DNA of 63,925 nucleotides, the filler included, from Craspedostauros australis (taxonomy: Eukaryota), in assembly GCA_030167865.1 (NCBI GenBank). It is 6 parts of 6 records of this genome, joined end to end, with 100 filler letters (N's around TTAATTAATTAA, not from the genome) between each part and the next. Parts side by side here need not be neighbours in the genome. Positions count along the whole stretch, not along the records: positions 1 to 29,131 come from JALAGF010004499.1; 5 more parts are not named here. One strand, written 5' to 3'. A program made the position numbers and the translations under genes. Below are positions 1-12,700 of this stretch, piece after piece. Each line of letters starts with the position of its first letter. The first letter of the stretch is position 1. Below the pieces are notes generated by a model. It worked only from the letters and a program-made list of their open reading frames with translations, did not search any database and was not told the origin of the DNA.

Positions 1-2033
1 CCTTCCACGTGTTGGAACGAAACGAATGGCCAATCATTTCTCTTCATTTGCAGAAATGTTGAGTCGTCCTTGTCGTGACAATGACATTTTGTTGAGATGC
101 TAGTGATGATGAAACTAGCATTCCGAATGAGGGGTGCATGGAGCGATAGAGAGCGATTACGATGTCGAATATGCCTGTAAGCTTCACATATGATATCTGC
201 GCGCAAGTATCAAAGGCCACCTTCATGATCCAGCTGAGGAATCTTTGCTCATATCCTACTTCACCCGATACAACATCCACGGCATGTTCCTGATGCTCTG
301 AGGACTAGTGTCGTCAGATACGACCAGGGACTTCTACCAACGCGCATTTTGCATCCTTTGGAGATCCTGACTGCCGTATCGGAAGTCGTTGGTGGTCTCC
401 AACCAACCCAACATGCAATCGCAATAGTTCTGTGTAGACTGCGTAAAGAGCTTCTATTGGACAACAAACTGCTGATCCATCTCCATGATACGGTGACCAA
501 GAGGTCTCTGTCGTCGATATTGGCAACAGAGCCTCGAACAAGCCATGAATTACCAGGAACAAAATGCTTGCGCATATGTTACCAGGCCTCTGTTAGTGGC
601 AAAGTTGAGACAGAAGAGATGGCAGCGAAACTCTCACAACACGAAGCCCCCAAGAGGAGAAAGAGGGATGTGCGTTGCGTACAACTCAGAGCCCACCCAT
701 TAACGATCCTACCATCCTTTGGTCTCAACAAGTGATGCGATAACCTGCAACGAAGCATTCAGATCATATCAGTCTAAACTCGAACTCTATTCTACAGAAG
801 AGAAGCCGATTCAGTCATGTTGGTCGTCTTTCTGAGTGGGTCACGAACTAGTCACGAGTACCAATGTGAAATCCGAACGTGAGTGCCACATGTGACATGA
901 ACACAGGGGTGTGAATGTGAAATGCGATAGGCCTCTAATGAACAGACATCACACGCATGTCCAGATGTGAATACTCCGAGTTCTCTCCTCTCTGCTCACG
1001 ATGACGAGCGAGGGTGCGCATGGTGCAGGAACATTCAAGGTTCACAAGCTAAGCATGAAAGTGCATGCCGAGAGCATGATCCGTGCTTCTCATGGTGCTG
1101 CGAAAGTCGTCATCTTGGTCGGCGGCTCTTGCGTCCGCGGTTCAAGTAGATACACATGGTCCGCAGGCAAACGGCCTGGTGTGCATTTGGTCCGAAGCGT
1201 TGGTCACCAATGCGTTTTGTTGATGGATGAGAAAGGCGCCAACAAATGAGCATCCAGTGCAGCATTCTGCGTTGACACCTGTTGACGATTTGTCCTGTTG
1301 AATCTTGCGAAAGCACTTTCATTCTCCCCATCCACAAGCGCGACACATTGCTCCACTTCGAGCGGATCAATTTGTCGCGCCATGTCGACGCAACAACGCC
1401 GAACTGACAAATCGAATGTGCTTCAGTTGCTTGATTTTATTGCCAATGCGGGATACATTTATGCGTGAACGGTGAGTGAACGGACATCCTAAACATACAG
1501 AAGGCTTAGGGGAACGACAGAAATGTCAACAAGGACAAATCAGTTTCGAAATGGGCACATGAATATTCGCACAGTATGTTTGGGCGCTGTCTGGCAAACT
1601 TATTCGAGCGAATGGTTTATGTTTGTCTCTATTTAGCCTGTCTTGTTCTGTCTTGGTTGTCGCGTCTTGTTCGCGTCGTTGGGTAAGAACGCGCGCACTC
1701 GGACTAGGTGTATGTGCATTGGCTCCACCCCTGTCTCCATGGTGCTGTCGCTATGCGCGTATGTGCGTACTAGCGGCGTACTCTTTCCCGTTACTGGCAT
1801 GTGTGTTTGTTTCTCCTCTGTCTTGGCCTCCTGTTGTGTTGCTGATTTGTGAGTCTTGCTCTGTTTGTCTGTAGCTCTCTGGACCGCTTCGCCTCCTCAT
1901 CCACTCATAAAAACGAAAACCTGACAATTCAAATCACCAACCGATCAACAAAACAAACACAAACAATCAGCAGCAACACCCACTCGCTCCGCACCACCAC
2001 AAAACCACCACTACAAACAACAACATCAACAAC

Positions 2034-2945
2034 ATGATTCTCGACGCATTCTCCGATGGCATCCGCGTTCTCCAGATCCTGAGAACTGAGAACCGCCGCA
2101 AGCGCCGTCAGCGCAAGCTCGCTCGTCTCTCCCTGCAGCAGCTGGAGAGAGAGATCATGGAGTCCTCCTCCTCCTCCTCCTCCTCTTCCGCACCAAATCG
2201 CGATGCCCTGCAGCAGGAGCTGACCAACGGGGGCTTCCCAGTCCAGCCACCCTCCGAATGGTCCACCGACGAGGAGTCCGCCGAGATGGAGGCATCCGCA
2301 GAGTACTATGGAACAACACCGCCAGCATCCACATCCGCCATCGTCAACCTCGTCCACCTGCGACTGCAGGAGGTCCCAACACCAGAACCCACCGACGACA
2401 ACACCGACGACAACAACGCCTGCAACGATCTCTCCTGCGTCATCTGCTCCGAGAACTTGCAGACCTCTGAGGTCGTGACGGTCCTGCCATGCGGACACAT
2501 GTTCCATTCCACATGCGTCGTCCCGTGGTTGGCCCACCGATGCACCTGCCCCAACTGCCGCTACGAGCTCCAAACCGATTGCGAAGAGTTCGAGGAGGGT
2601 CGCGAACACAGAATGAAGGGCCGCAAGATGCAGCAGACGGAACTCGGAGACGCCGACGAGACCAGCACACAGTCCGCATCAAAGACACAGCAGCAGCAGC
2701 AGATCTGCCACTTTGACACAAGCGTCTGCATGCCGCTGGGAGGAGATAACGAGGAGGATCTGGATGAGACCTCGGTCTCCACCGCCTCATCGCTGGCCCC
2801 ACTCGCCGGATGCGCAACCACTGAGATCACGGAATTGGATGATGTGAAGAAGGTGGACTCCGGTAGCAACGCCAGCAATGAGAAGACCAAGACCCTCAGA
2901 GCATGGTGCGGTTCGGTAGTAGTTCGACTAACCATGGAGGCATAA
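2034..2945 (+). CDS. RING-H2 finger protein, probable E3 ubiquitin ligase (303 aa)
   Basis: C-x2-C...CGHMFHSTCVVPWL...CPNCR is a C3H2C3 RING-H2 signature; coding-like codon usage; C/A-rich leader before the ATG. Confidence 0.9.
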   Translation: MILDAFSDGIRVLQILRTENRRKRRQRKLARLSLQQLEREIMESSSSSSSSSAPNRDALQQELTNGGFPVQPPSEWSTDEESAEMEASAEYYGTTPPASTSAIVNLVHLRLQEVPTPEPTDDNTDDNNACNDLSCVICSENLQTSEVVTVLPCGHMFHSTCVVPWLAHRCTCPNCRYELQTDCEEFEEGREHRMKGRKMQQTELGDADETSTQSASKTQQQQQICHFDTSVCMPLGGDNEEDLDETSVSTASSLAPLAGCATTEITELDDVKKVDSGSNASNEKTKTLRAWCGSVVVRLTMEA

Positions 2946-3990
2946 ATCTAGCAACAAACGCATTGTATCACTATACACACAATCTCCACTCCGCTACGGA
3001 TGTTTGTACACGTACTCTATTGCTTGCTCTCCCTGCTCTTAGTCAACGCGTACTACTATAACATCGTTCTATTATCGCTTGCGACCGATGCGCAGACAGC
3101 GGCCGTCTCTGAAGAGGGATTCAGAACCAATCTAGATATCTCCATTGCCATCATGCCTACATGGAGCACTCTAACTCGTAGAGATGCACTCATAGTCTAC
3201 GGCGACGCCCCGCCGCGATTGCTAGATGCTGGCTGTCATGCTCGGCGGCCATCCTTCTTTGACATGCTGGTGACAACAAGATCAAGACGAACCCAGTACT
3301 CTATGCACCAGGTACAAGTATGGCGCGGTACCATCCACGCGGCGAAGCATCTTCGCCTTACAGTTTGCCAAAGAGAGCAGTGCTCCATGCAGGTACAGGA
3401 TGATAAATGAATGCGAGAGATGGAGCGATGGAGGGACAGGGGGCGTCTTGCCAACTCCTGATGCTGTGCCATAAGTCGTACGATTAGCAGATACAAGTCC
3501 AGGGGCCGCAACTGCCACCACATTGCGAGGGTGGCCATGGGAGCATGGTAGTGTATGATGCTTCCATCCTGCGGTGTATCACATGAAACGAAAAGCCACG
3601 GGCCTCTTGCGCTCTTTGATGCGACCGGGAGTGCTATCATGCAACAGACGACGATGTATCCTCTACTGATACTCTACCGCGCTCCGAAGCGAGTACGAAT
3701 ACTCTACATGCTGCCCCATGTTAACACGAGCACGACTCGTGGCTCGTCCACGTACGGAATGGTGCTTTCGGAGTTCGAGTATTCTGTCAAATTACGAATA
3801 CCGTGTGATACGATACAGCGGCTGCTTCGAGAGAACCACCATCCCATCAAAGTCAATCTCTGCAACTGCTGGATACTGGATACTGGCACGAGTAGATTCG
3901 GTTTGGCATCTTTGGTTTTGGGCTCATCTTCCTTCCCTTCCTTCGCGAAATGTGTGACTGTGTGACTGTGGTGGGCACCGACATACCGTC

Positions 3991-5035
3991 TCACCTCCTC
4001 TTCTTTCCCTTCTTCTTGTTCGATTTCGTCGACGCTGCCTGCTGGCGCTGCTTCTCCCGCTGTTGCTGCAGCTGGCGTTCCTTCGCGGCCTCCTCCTTCA
4101 CCTTGGCAGCCTCTATCTCAGCCTCCTTCGCCTGCCGTTCCAACCTTTGCTTCCGCGCGGACAGCGTCGGGATGATCTTGCCGAGCTCCCTCAGCAGCAT
4201 CTTCTTGTTCATGATTTCCGTGATGGGGGGCAGCTCCACCTTGACGCGACCCGGGTTGTCCCAAAGCACGGTGGTGTCCCTGGGGTAACCCTTGTGCGGC
4301 TGTATCACGTGGCGCATGGTGAGCTGCTGCAACGCCTGCGAGATATCGGAGATGGTGGGCGTGTCCACCGCATCCTCCTTGGAAATCCGTCGTCCCTGCT
4401 TCATTGTCTTTGTGGCGTCCAGATACGATGGGTATATCACCATGAACTTCTCCGGATTCATCGTGAATGTCTCATCTGCCCACCACCACCATCAACGATG
4501 ATTATGGTAATACATAACGATTGTTGTTGCGGTTGTCGCCGTTTGATTCATGTACGTTCGATGGGGCGAGCGTAACCAAGGGGGCCAAGGGAATATGTAA
4601 GAACGTGTAAGTGTGATTGTAGTATCAATATCCGTGTAGCAGAAGCAGCAAGACAAGAAGAGTTGCCCTCGGATGCATGGTGAGCTTGTGCCTTGGATGA
4701 ATTGGGCATCATCAGTGTACGGACGGGCAATGGAGTATCCCACAACGTGAAACATTCGTTATTGCCTCACAAACATACGAATACGTGCGTACGAGTATGT
4801 CACAGAGTCTCCAACATCATGGTGTACACCATTGCACAATCACAGTACAATGTAGTACAGTTGACTACGTACGAATGGGCCAAAAGATCTGGTAGCTGCG
4901 ATCCGGTGGTGGTGGCATTTGGATCATCTCCTCAGGTGGCACAGCGAGATCTTCCAGAGGGTTGAGCATGCCTTTGCCCATCCCCTTGGGACCCATCTGC
5001 TTGATGCGGACACCGCGGTTGCCTTTCTTTCCCAT
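3991..5035 (-). CDS. SRP19: Signal recognition particle 19 kDa protein, 2 exons (5035-4873, 4475-3991), 215 aa
   Basis: SRP19 motifs IYPSYLD..KT..GRRI and KGYPRD...NPGRVKV. A GTACGT...GCAG intron (4872-4476) joins an upstream exon MGKKGNRGVRIKQ...FWPI in frame to HETFTMNPEKF. Confidence 0.9.
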
Positions 5036-6019
5036 CTTGGCGGCAGTTGTGGCAGTGGCAGACGGTGGTGCGGATCTTGTGCGGGGCTGTTCTGCACCAA
5101 ACGTGAGGTGAGAGGGCGGTTGTTGAGTGTACCAACAGAGGTGTCACTTGATTGATGTCGCGGTCCTTTTTCCAATCTGGCTATCCCTGCAGAAGAAGAA
5201 GAAGACGAGCACTCAGAATGGATGATGGTGGTAACGGCGCCTGCGCTGCTGATGAAGATTCCGGATGACAACACGTCACGCTCTCCCTTTGCCAGTGACT
5301 GTTGTTGGCGGTGTCGTTTGTTTTGTTGTCGGCGGTCGTGTTCAACCAGCGTGACGCCAAGATCCTTTTTGAAGGCAGATCGCAGAAAAGCGCCATGGTC
5401 GCCTCGTTCTTCGCCATGTTGTTGTTGTTGTTGTTTGTCGGACAGCGGCAAGACTAAAGCGAATACTGTCGACCTAGTCGACCTAAACATTCGTGGATGA
5501 TTCCGTGGCATGACTGAAAACGTTGTTGGCATTTCGAAGATTGGCTGACGAGTGAAACCAGCCCAAAGGAGGGATGGAGGCTTCAATAGAAATGGACATG
5601 AGACCATGGAAGACACTTGAAATGAATGCAGTGTATTGGTGTTATACTATTAAATTACAGTTAGAAATGAAAGATTGGGCTGATGGGGCGTGTGATAACA
5701 GAATGAGGAGGATCAGAAGAGAGCATCTGTCCCGCTCTCTCCGTCCACGATGAACTTTCGTTTCGGCGCGCCGTAGTTGATGCGTCGAACCCACTGGTCA
5801 AGTGCGTTCCCATGCGGGACATGCACCGTTTGCTCCTACACATCGCAGTGGGTTCGTTGCTCTCGTTGTCACCTTCATTCGTTTCCTGCCAAGGCAAATA
5901 TGCTCGTGAGGGATGCTTTGCTGCAAATATGTCAGGCTGATGAGTGCGTGGGACACGCTGATAGAGATGCGTTGGTCTACTCTTCACCTCTCCACTCAGT
6001 TTTGCTCCGCTCCGTGCTC

Positions 6020-6880
6020 TTAATCTCTTTCGATTGCCTCCTTGATGGGCATGCAGCAACCGCACTTGGGGTAGAGCGTCAAACCGGCAATGGCGAGGGC
6101 TGGTGGCACCTCCTCGTCGCATGGAATTGCGGCCGTGATCGCCAAGCAGAAGGCTTGAAGCTGGACCTTCAGGATGGCGCAACCATCACATTCGATGGAT
6201 GGTCCGCAGCAGATTAAGGGAAGGCACGGGGCTCCTGTTGTACGCACGCATAAGTGTGTGGGCGTTTCAGGTGATTGATGGAACGCAGAGAATGAGCATA
6301 TGCAGACAGTGAGTATCGTATAGCATGTGGTTGAGGACAGAGGTCGGGATCTCAGCAAAAATGAACTGATGACGACCGCGGTGACAACGGTGATGCTCAT
6401 CACAATGACGGTCACGGCCACGGCCACGTACCTGGTTTGAGGCACACTTGGCAAGTCAGGCAGCAGAGGCCGATCTTTCCTGAGCATCCCGGGCAGTCGC
6501 ACGCAGTGTCTGTGGCGGTTCATTGCATGATGCAAATCAACGTGTGGTACGGTACCATGCAGTGCGGAGAGAAGGACAGAAGAAGCGAAGAATGCAATCG
6601 TTGTGAGCCACGTGAAAGCTATGCGAAAGCGATCAGTGAAGAGTCAAATCAGGATCAATCCGCGGCGTGAACCGACAGCGCATTTCTTCCAACGCTCTCC
6701 ATTCCATTTCCGACGAGCAGCAGAGTGTTCACTGCCATTGCCGCTGGTGCCGTCGTCATCGGTTTGGTCCTGCCTGAGACGCAGAGTTGTGCACTTACAC
6801 AATCCGCAATGGGCGCAGCAGAGCGCGCAGCAAAGCACGATTTTGTCCTCATCGACGGCGTCGTTGTCGCTGCAGCACAT
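6020..6880 (-). CDS. Small cysteine-rich protein, 3 exons (6880-6799, 6509-6432, 6234-6020), 124 aa, function unknown
   Basis: GTAAGT..CAG and GTACGT..CAG introns splice in frame to MCCSDNDAVDEDKIVLCCALCCAHCGLYTACDCPGCSGKIGLCCLTCQVCLKPGAPCLPLICCGPSIECDGC...YPKCGCCMPIKEAIERD (24 Cys). Confidence 0.8.
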
Positions 6881-7723
6881 GGTGATGGAGAGTAACTGGT
6901 TGATTGGTTTGTCGAGCGATCGATTGACTGTCGGGGTCTTTCTTTTTCCCGTTTGATTCAATTCGCTTGTTGCTTGTTTTGTGTCCTCGCAGGTATCCTT
7001 GTTGCAGCCATCGTTGTCGTCACCATCGTTGTTGTTCGAGCGGTGATGATGCGCTTCCAGGAGTGAAGATGATGGGACCGTTGGGGACAGAGGCGGACGT
7101 GAAGGAAGAAGGTGTTGTGGTCCGTTGCCACCTTGTGGAAGAGTGGTGTTCTCATTTCTGTTTCGTTCAAGTTTCGCTCGTGCCAAATCGCCCACACTTC
7201 TCCGTTCGCAATTGCCCACGAACAACTTCCATTCTCTTTTAGCGAGTGGAAGAACCCCCAAGATGCGCACCTTTCCACGAATCACCCAATCACATTTGTG
7301 TTGCTGGTGGATTGTGCAGGCAAGCACGAGGAAAACCAAGGTTGAACAGTTTCCGAACGAACCATTCGCCCACCCACGAGCGATCGAAAAAACAACAAGG
7401 CACTTCCGTCTTTTGCATACGCCGCACAGACCGAATATATGCTACATTAATAGAGATCAATGCGTACAGCCTGACAGACCCTTGCTGCCTCACAAACATC
7501 ACCAAGAATGACACACATCAACAAGACGAAGAAACCGCGCGAAAACAATCCGTGAAATCCCACCAACACCTTACCGAAGCCATCAACGTGTTGTGTTGGA
7601 TGTCGGCGCGGTGTGCAAGCACTCGTATCGACGCGGTGTGCAACACCCTCTGCGATTGAGTGTAGAGAGAACTCTATTCCGATCCTTCGACCACTCGAGA
7701 CTCCATCTCGAGACTCCATCTCG

Positions 7724-9334
7724 ATGATGATGACCTGCAATACAGTTTCTGTATTGAGCGGGTCGAGCCAAAGGCAAACGCACCCCAAAAGGCAACGAGA
7801 TGCCGCTCATCTGGACTGCACGCCGCTTGATAACGGGCAGTGCCATGATGTCGCCTTGACGAAGATACGAACGAAGTCAATGCGGAGAAAGTGGAGACGG
7901 AGCCACCACAGCCCATCATGGCCCACCTTCGTTTCGAAGGTCATGTTGCTGATTGCACTTTCTACATCGGGGCAAAGACCAACCGAAGGGTTCACAACAA
8001 TATCCAGACGGTCGCAGACACGGGATCGGCAGCAAACCTTCAATGGAGGGAATTGGCACACTGGTGCTGTGCCGGCTTCACTTCCACTTCCACTTTCGGC
8101 TTCAACATCCACGACGACCGCTGATGGTCAAAGCTCTATCAATAATGAAGACACGGCTGATCAAGATCCCGAGGTGTACGATCGCCGAAAGAATCTCATT
8201 CGCTTTCGTTGCCGCGTTGCGTATGACGGGACGGCATTCCGAGGCTTCCAAATCCAGTCAAGGTCCAGCGAGACGCCGGTAAAGAGAACGGTGCAAGGCG
8301 AACTCGAGGCCGTTCTTGCACGCAGATTCAATCGAAAGGTTCGTGATGGAAATGGCAATGGCAACAGCAGGGGCGACGGTGGCGACAATGATGGCAATGG
8401 CCGCAACCACCCGGTCTGCGTTGTTGCGGCAGGGCGCACTGACACAGGAGTGCATGCTCGCGGCCAAGCCGTCCACTTCGACTTGACTCGCAAAGAAGCG
8501 AAGCAGATCATCCCCAATATCGATGGCGAAGATGACGACCACCACGACGACACTGAATACTCGTCCCAACAGCAACTGGAACGGCAACTACAACTCCTGC
8601 AGTCCACGATGAACGACATGCTGCCCGCTGATATTGTCGTTTGGAACGTGGGTCCAGCCCCGGCACCCGCGCTTCATGAACCCAGCGGCAATACGTACAT
8701 GTGGAATGCCATGTACAGCGGCTCCGGGAAGCTGTACTCCTACCGCTTCTCCACATCGCCTGCTATGCATCCCATCGAGCGGCACAAACGATGGCAATTG
8801 GACATGAAAGGAATACGAAAGCGCCGCGATCGGACCAACCGCAGCATTCCCCCGTCGTCGGATGCATCTGACGCAGAGCTCGGCGGCTTTCACGATGAAT
8901 TCTTCGACATCCAACGACTGCATCGCATCTTGAAGATGTACGAAGGTACGCATGACTTCGTGTGCTTCGTCGGCGCGTTGCAACAGTATCAACGCAAAGC
9001 GGGCTACGCCATGAGCACAGTTCGCACCATCCATTCCATCGAACTCATTCGCGAACAGGATCATGCCCCAACGGATCCCAACAACGGTTTCTCACACGCA
9101 AACCACAACTATCGCATCGACATCCGGTTGGACGGTGCACTGTACAAGATGGTCCGCAACCTGGTCGGCACAGCCATCCGAGTTTGCGCCGATCGGTTGT
9201 CCGAAGAACGATTCAACCAATTCGTCAACCATGCGGGCGATTTGGGCCTGGCTCGAGATGACAATCCTTCGAGGCCAGCGCCTCCGCAAGGACTGACGCT
9301 GGAGCAAGTGTACTACGACGATGACGAGTTCTGA
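7724..9334 (+). CDS. truA: tRNA pseudouridine synthase A (TruA/Pus1 family), possibly plastid-targeted; start uncertain (7724 or 7880)
   Basis: Motifs VAYDGTAFRGFQ, TVQGELE, catalytic AGRTDTGVHARGQ, GTHDF, LYKMVRNLVG and APPQGLTL. A hydrophobic stretch followed by TEG|FTTISRR resembles a diatom bipartite presequence. Confidence 0.92.
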   Translation: MMMTCNTVSVLSGSSQRQTHPKRQRDAAHLDCTPLDNGQCHDVALTKIRTKSMRRKWRRSHHSPSWPTFVSKVMLLIALSTSGQRPTEGFTTISRRSQTRDRQQTFNGGNWHTGAVPASLPLPLSASTSTTTADGQSSINNEDTADQDPEVYDRRKNLIRFRCRVAYDGTAFRGFQIQSRSSETPVKRTVQGELEAVLARRFNRKVRDGNGNGNSRGDGGDNDGNGRNHPVCVVAAGRTDTGVHARGQAVHFDLTRKEAKQIIPNIDGEDDDHHDDTEYSSQQQLERQLQLLQSTMNDMLPADIVVWNVGPAPAPALHEPSGNTYMWNAMYSGSGKLYSYRFSTSPAMHPIERHKRWQLDMKGIRKRRDRTNRSIPPSSDASDAELGGFHDEFFDIQRLHRILKMYEGTHDFVCFVGALQQYQRKAGYAMSTVRTIHSIELIREQDHAPTDPNNGFSHANHNYRIDIRLDGALYKMVRNLVGTAIRVCADRLSEERFNQFVNHAGDLGLARDDNPSRPAPPQGLTLEQVYYDDDEF

Positions 9335-9745
9335 GAGAAATTCTCGTGTAGAATTTGTCTTTGTGAACCCTTTTTGTCCACCTCTCTTCTTTCTGTGGAA
9401 GGTGTATTGGTCTGCTTTGAGTCGCGCTTGCTTCATGCGCATGCAGTTGCCATACAATCTGGTGGCGTTCTGAATCAAACCACTCCAGATTGTGCCGAAC
9501 TGTTGGCCGCAGATGCGTGAGTGTGCAGTGTGTGCATTATTTATATCCTCTATAGTACGGTAATATTATTCTCCACTACTTCATGTGGTACATTCTCTCA
9601 TCCGCAAGAGGTTGCTGCCCCGTGCGATGCTCGGGTGTTGCAAGCCACAACTGAACAGAGCATTTCCGTTCTCCCTCCCCGTGCATCGCGTACTCTGTGC
9701 ACTCAATCAATATGGTGCACCAAGCCGATCGGCTGCTGCTGGCTG

Positions 9746-12700
9746 CTACTGTATCATCTCCAACACCATCATCAAAGCGGAGACACCTCCCACAACAAAC
9801 CATGCCCCAAACCACGACGACTGCGGCCGACTGCCGGACCTGTCGGATGCGGATCTGGGAGTCGTGGCTGGTGCTGCCGTCTCGACGTCTACCGATTTTA
9901 TTTCCTGGGTTTCATTCGAAGACGTCGGTGCCAAAGATGGTCTGAAGTATGTCGGCGCTACGGTTGGCGCAGATGACGGCGACTCTGACGGCGGGCCCAT
10001 GTAGTCCATGGACACGATGAACTCATCGTCCGCAATCATGCGTGAGTAATCAATGAAGATGGAGAGCGGTCGTCCTGTGAAATCGTAATCCACTTGGATG
10101 CTAGGTGCCTCTTGCTGGATGGCGTCCTCGATGATAGCGAGCAAATCCGACACGGTGAACGCACTCGAGCAGGGCGATGCTCCCGATCGCGTTGCGCCGG
10201 TGACTGATTTGTTTTGTGGTGAGATCAACGTCCATGATTGGATCACACCATCCTCGACCACCACTTCGACCGGCACACCATCCGTCAAGCATTCGCAACT
10301 TCTGGTGAAGCTGTAGGTGTACGATGTTATCTGTTGTTGCTCCCACAAGAGCTTCTGTTGTGCAACCTCCGGCAACAACGCCGAATACGGCGTCAACATT
10401 GAGACGAAGATAGAAGCAAATGCGTCGGCGAGATCCTCGTCTTGCTGGACGAAGATCCTTGTGGGATGCCCGTACTTGGCATCGAATTCCACCTCCAACC
10501 TATCCGCCAAGGTGTTGATGCTGTCTTGGATGAGGTCGAACAGATCCGGTATCGTCATGGCGTCGTCGATACCGACGTCGACGACAGCGTCAGGAGCTAT
10601 TGTCTCCATGTTGTCGATATCAACATTTAGAAGCTTCCCATCCCGCACTGCGATCCATTGGTGGACGATCACCTCACAGAAACACCGGTCGACGAATGCG
10701 AAGCTGTAATTCTGCATGTCGTACGACTCCCATGTTTGTATGGCGTTCGTGAGGTTGGTTTGAAGCTCCGACTGCCGCATCGGCGTGACGGAGGAGATCT
10801 CAGCAACGTAGGAATTGTCCGAGATGCCGAGAGCCGGATTGATATGGATGGACGTTGGGTGTCCGTAGATGGGATCGAAGATGAAAGAGAAGGCTTGTGG
10901 AGAATCTTCCAGCGCCTGCTTGAGGAACTCGAACATTTCGGTCATGGGACGAATGACAGGGAGCATATCGTTGATGGCATCCCTCTCTCCGACACCCCTT
11001 GCGTTGGGCAAGGTCTGGACGGATTGGATGTCGGTACTGTTGCGAATCTCCACCAGTCGGGGTTGCACGACTTCGTCGAGACAAAAGCAGGTCAGCTGGA
11101 AGATGAAGCTGTAGTCCACCATATCCAAGTTCGCCCATCGCCGTTTCTGTTCTTCGATCTGCAGCATAGCTAGTGAGTACGGCAACAGTGCCCTGACATT
11201 GTATATAAACACTCGGACCTCTCCGTCATCGCCATTCTTGGTTTTCGGTGCTTGATATTGAATCTGGATGGCGCGCGGGACGCCAAAGTTCGCTGCATCG
11301 TAGGTGGCCCAGACTGCCAATATTCTGCCGCCATCATCATCACCATCGTTTTCCTGCTCGTTGCTGTTGAGTTCTCGTAGGGCAGACCCCAGAATGCCAA
11401 AGAGCTGGTCGACGGTGAAGTACTTCTTGTCCGTGTCGTCACCATCAATGTGCTCAAAATCGTTCCCATGCTGGATGTTGCTTGTGACGGTGGGATCGTC
11501 GACGTCGGTGAGATCCTCCAGTGGAATGATGGCGCGCCATGAAATGGTGTTGGCCGGACGAGCATCCAAATTCGTGAGGACTTCGACGCCCAAGACGGAC
11601 TGCACCGAATAAATCTCGTCATTCTCCACCTGGATCGCGCGCGTCGAATAAAATCTCGGCACGTCGATGGGGAGGTTGGGGGGATCCTGCGGGACGGTGA
11701 TCGATCGCACCAGGGTGCCATACAATCCGAGCTTGTCTTTGGCGTCGTCCCAACGCTTTCGTGCATCGCTGAGTTCCTCAAGTCGATCTGGTTCCAGGAA
11801 GGGAAGGGAAACGTTGAAGAGCCGCGTTTGCGGCGCTCTCAAAGACACAACTGACGATGACGTCGTCGCCACGATCTCAATGCTGTTTGGATAGCCCAAT
11901 TGTTGGTCGTAGACGACATTGACGAGGGTGGGGAAGAAGACAGGCTCCATCGTCGCATCCGATAACGCAGCGAGGTCCGGTCCAAGGATGCGAAACTCCA
12001 GCTCCCGAAACAAGGCATCGACCGTTTGAACGTAATCTCTCGTGGTTGCCGTGACATCAACATCGACCGTTGACGAGCCGCCGGAGGCGTCCGATTGGGT
12101 GGTCACCGTGATGGATTTGATGAGAAAGCCGTTTGCCACCGAAACTGTGAGTTGCACCGAACCATGGTCGTCTGAAATGGTTTGCGGCGGAAGCGGAATG
12201 ATAGCAGCCTGATGATGATTCCGATACCCCATGGTGTAATCGGATGGACCGGAGGTCTGCCACCGCAGCAGGTTCGTGGTGACTTCATTGAAGATGACGG
12301 TGTCAAGTAGGAGCACGCGCTGTATCTGCACGTCCAAGACGGTCTGCGAGGGGTCCGTGGCGCTGGCTTGCGTGATGCTGAGCGGGTAACCGTGCGTGGC
12401 ATCGAACACCGCCGCGACGGTGCCGTTGGAGATGACATCGAAGAGAGCATCGATCGTCATGACCTGCGCTTGATCGGCCGGTGCGACCTCCCAGAACTCT
12501 GCCAGGATTTGGTCATCACGCACGTGAATGCCGAAGTTGCTGCGCTGGATCGTGGCGTCTGCCGTCCGTTGCGTCGCATCCAAGTAACTGTCGAACTGGA
12601 CGTGATAGATGCCTGCACCGAGCTCATCCCATTTTGCCTTGGCAGCGTCTGCATCCGTGCTGGAGGTTGCTTCCGCTACGGCTGATGCGCCAAGGCAGCA

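Noticed and set aside
1..1500. Short ORFs at the window start
   Set aside because: No recognisable domain or consistent splice model.
1929..2935. Long antisense or overlapping ORFs here and over other genes (e.g. 24969-25862, 31574-32488, 50285-51409)
   Set aside because: Shadow ORFs caused by GC-rich codon bias of the real genes.
4660..4735. Possible C/D snoRNA in the SRP19 intron (TGATGA, CCGA, TTGCCC/GGGCAA stem on the minus strand)
   Set aside because: The D box is non-canonical, the C box is too far from the stem and no target was recognised; an Infernal search is needed.
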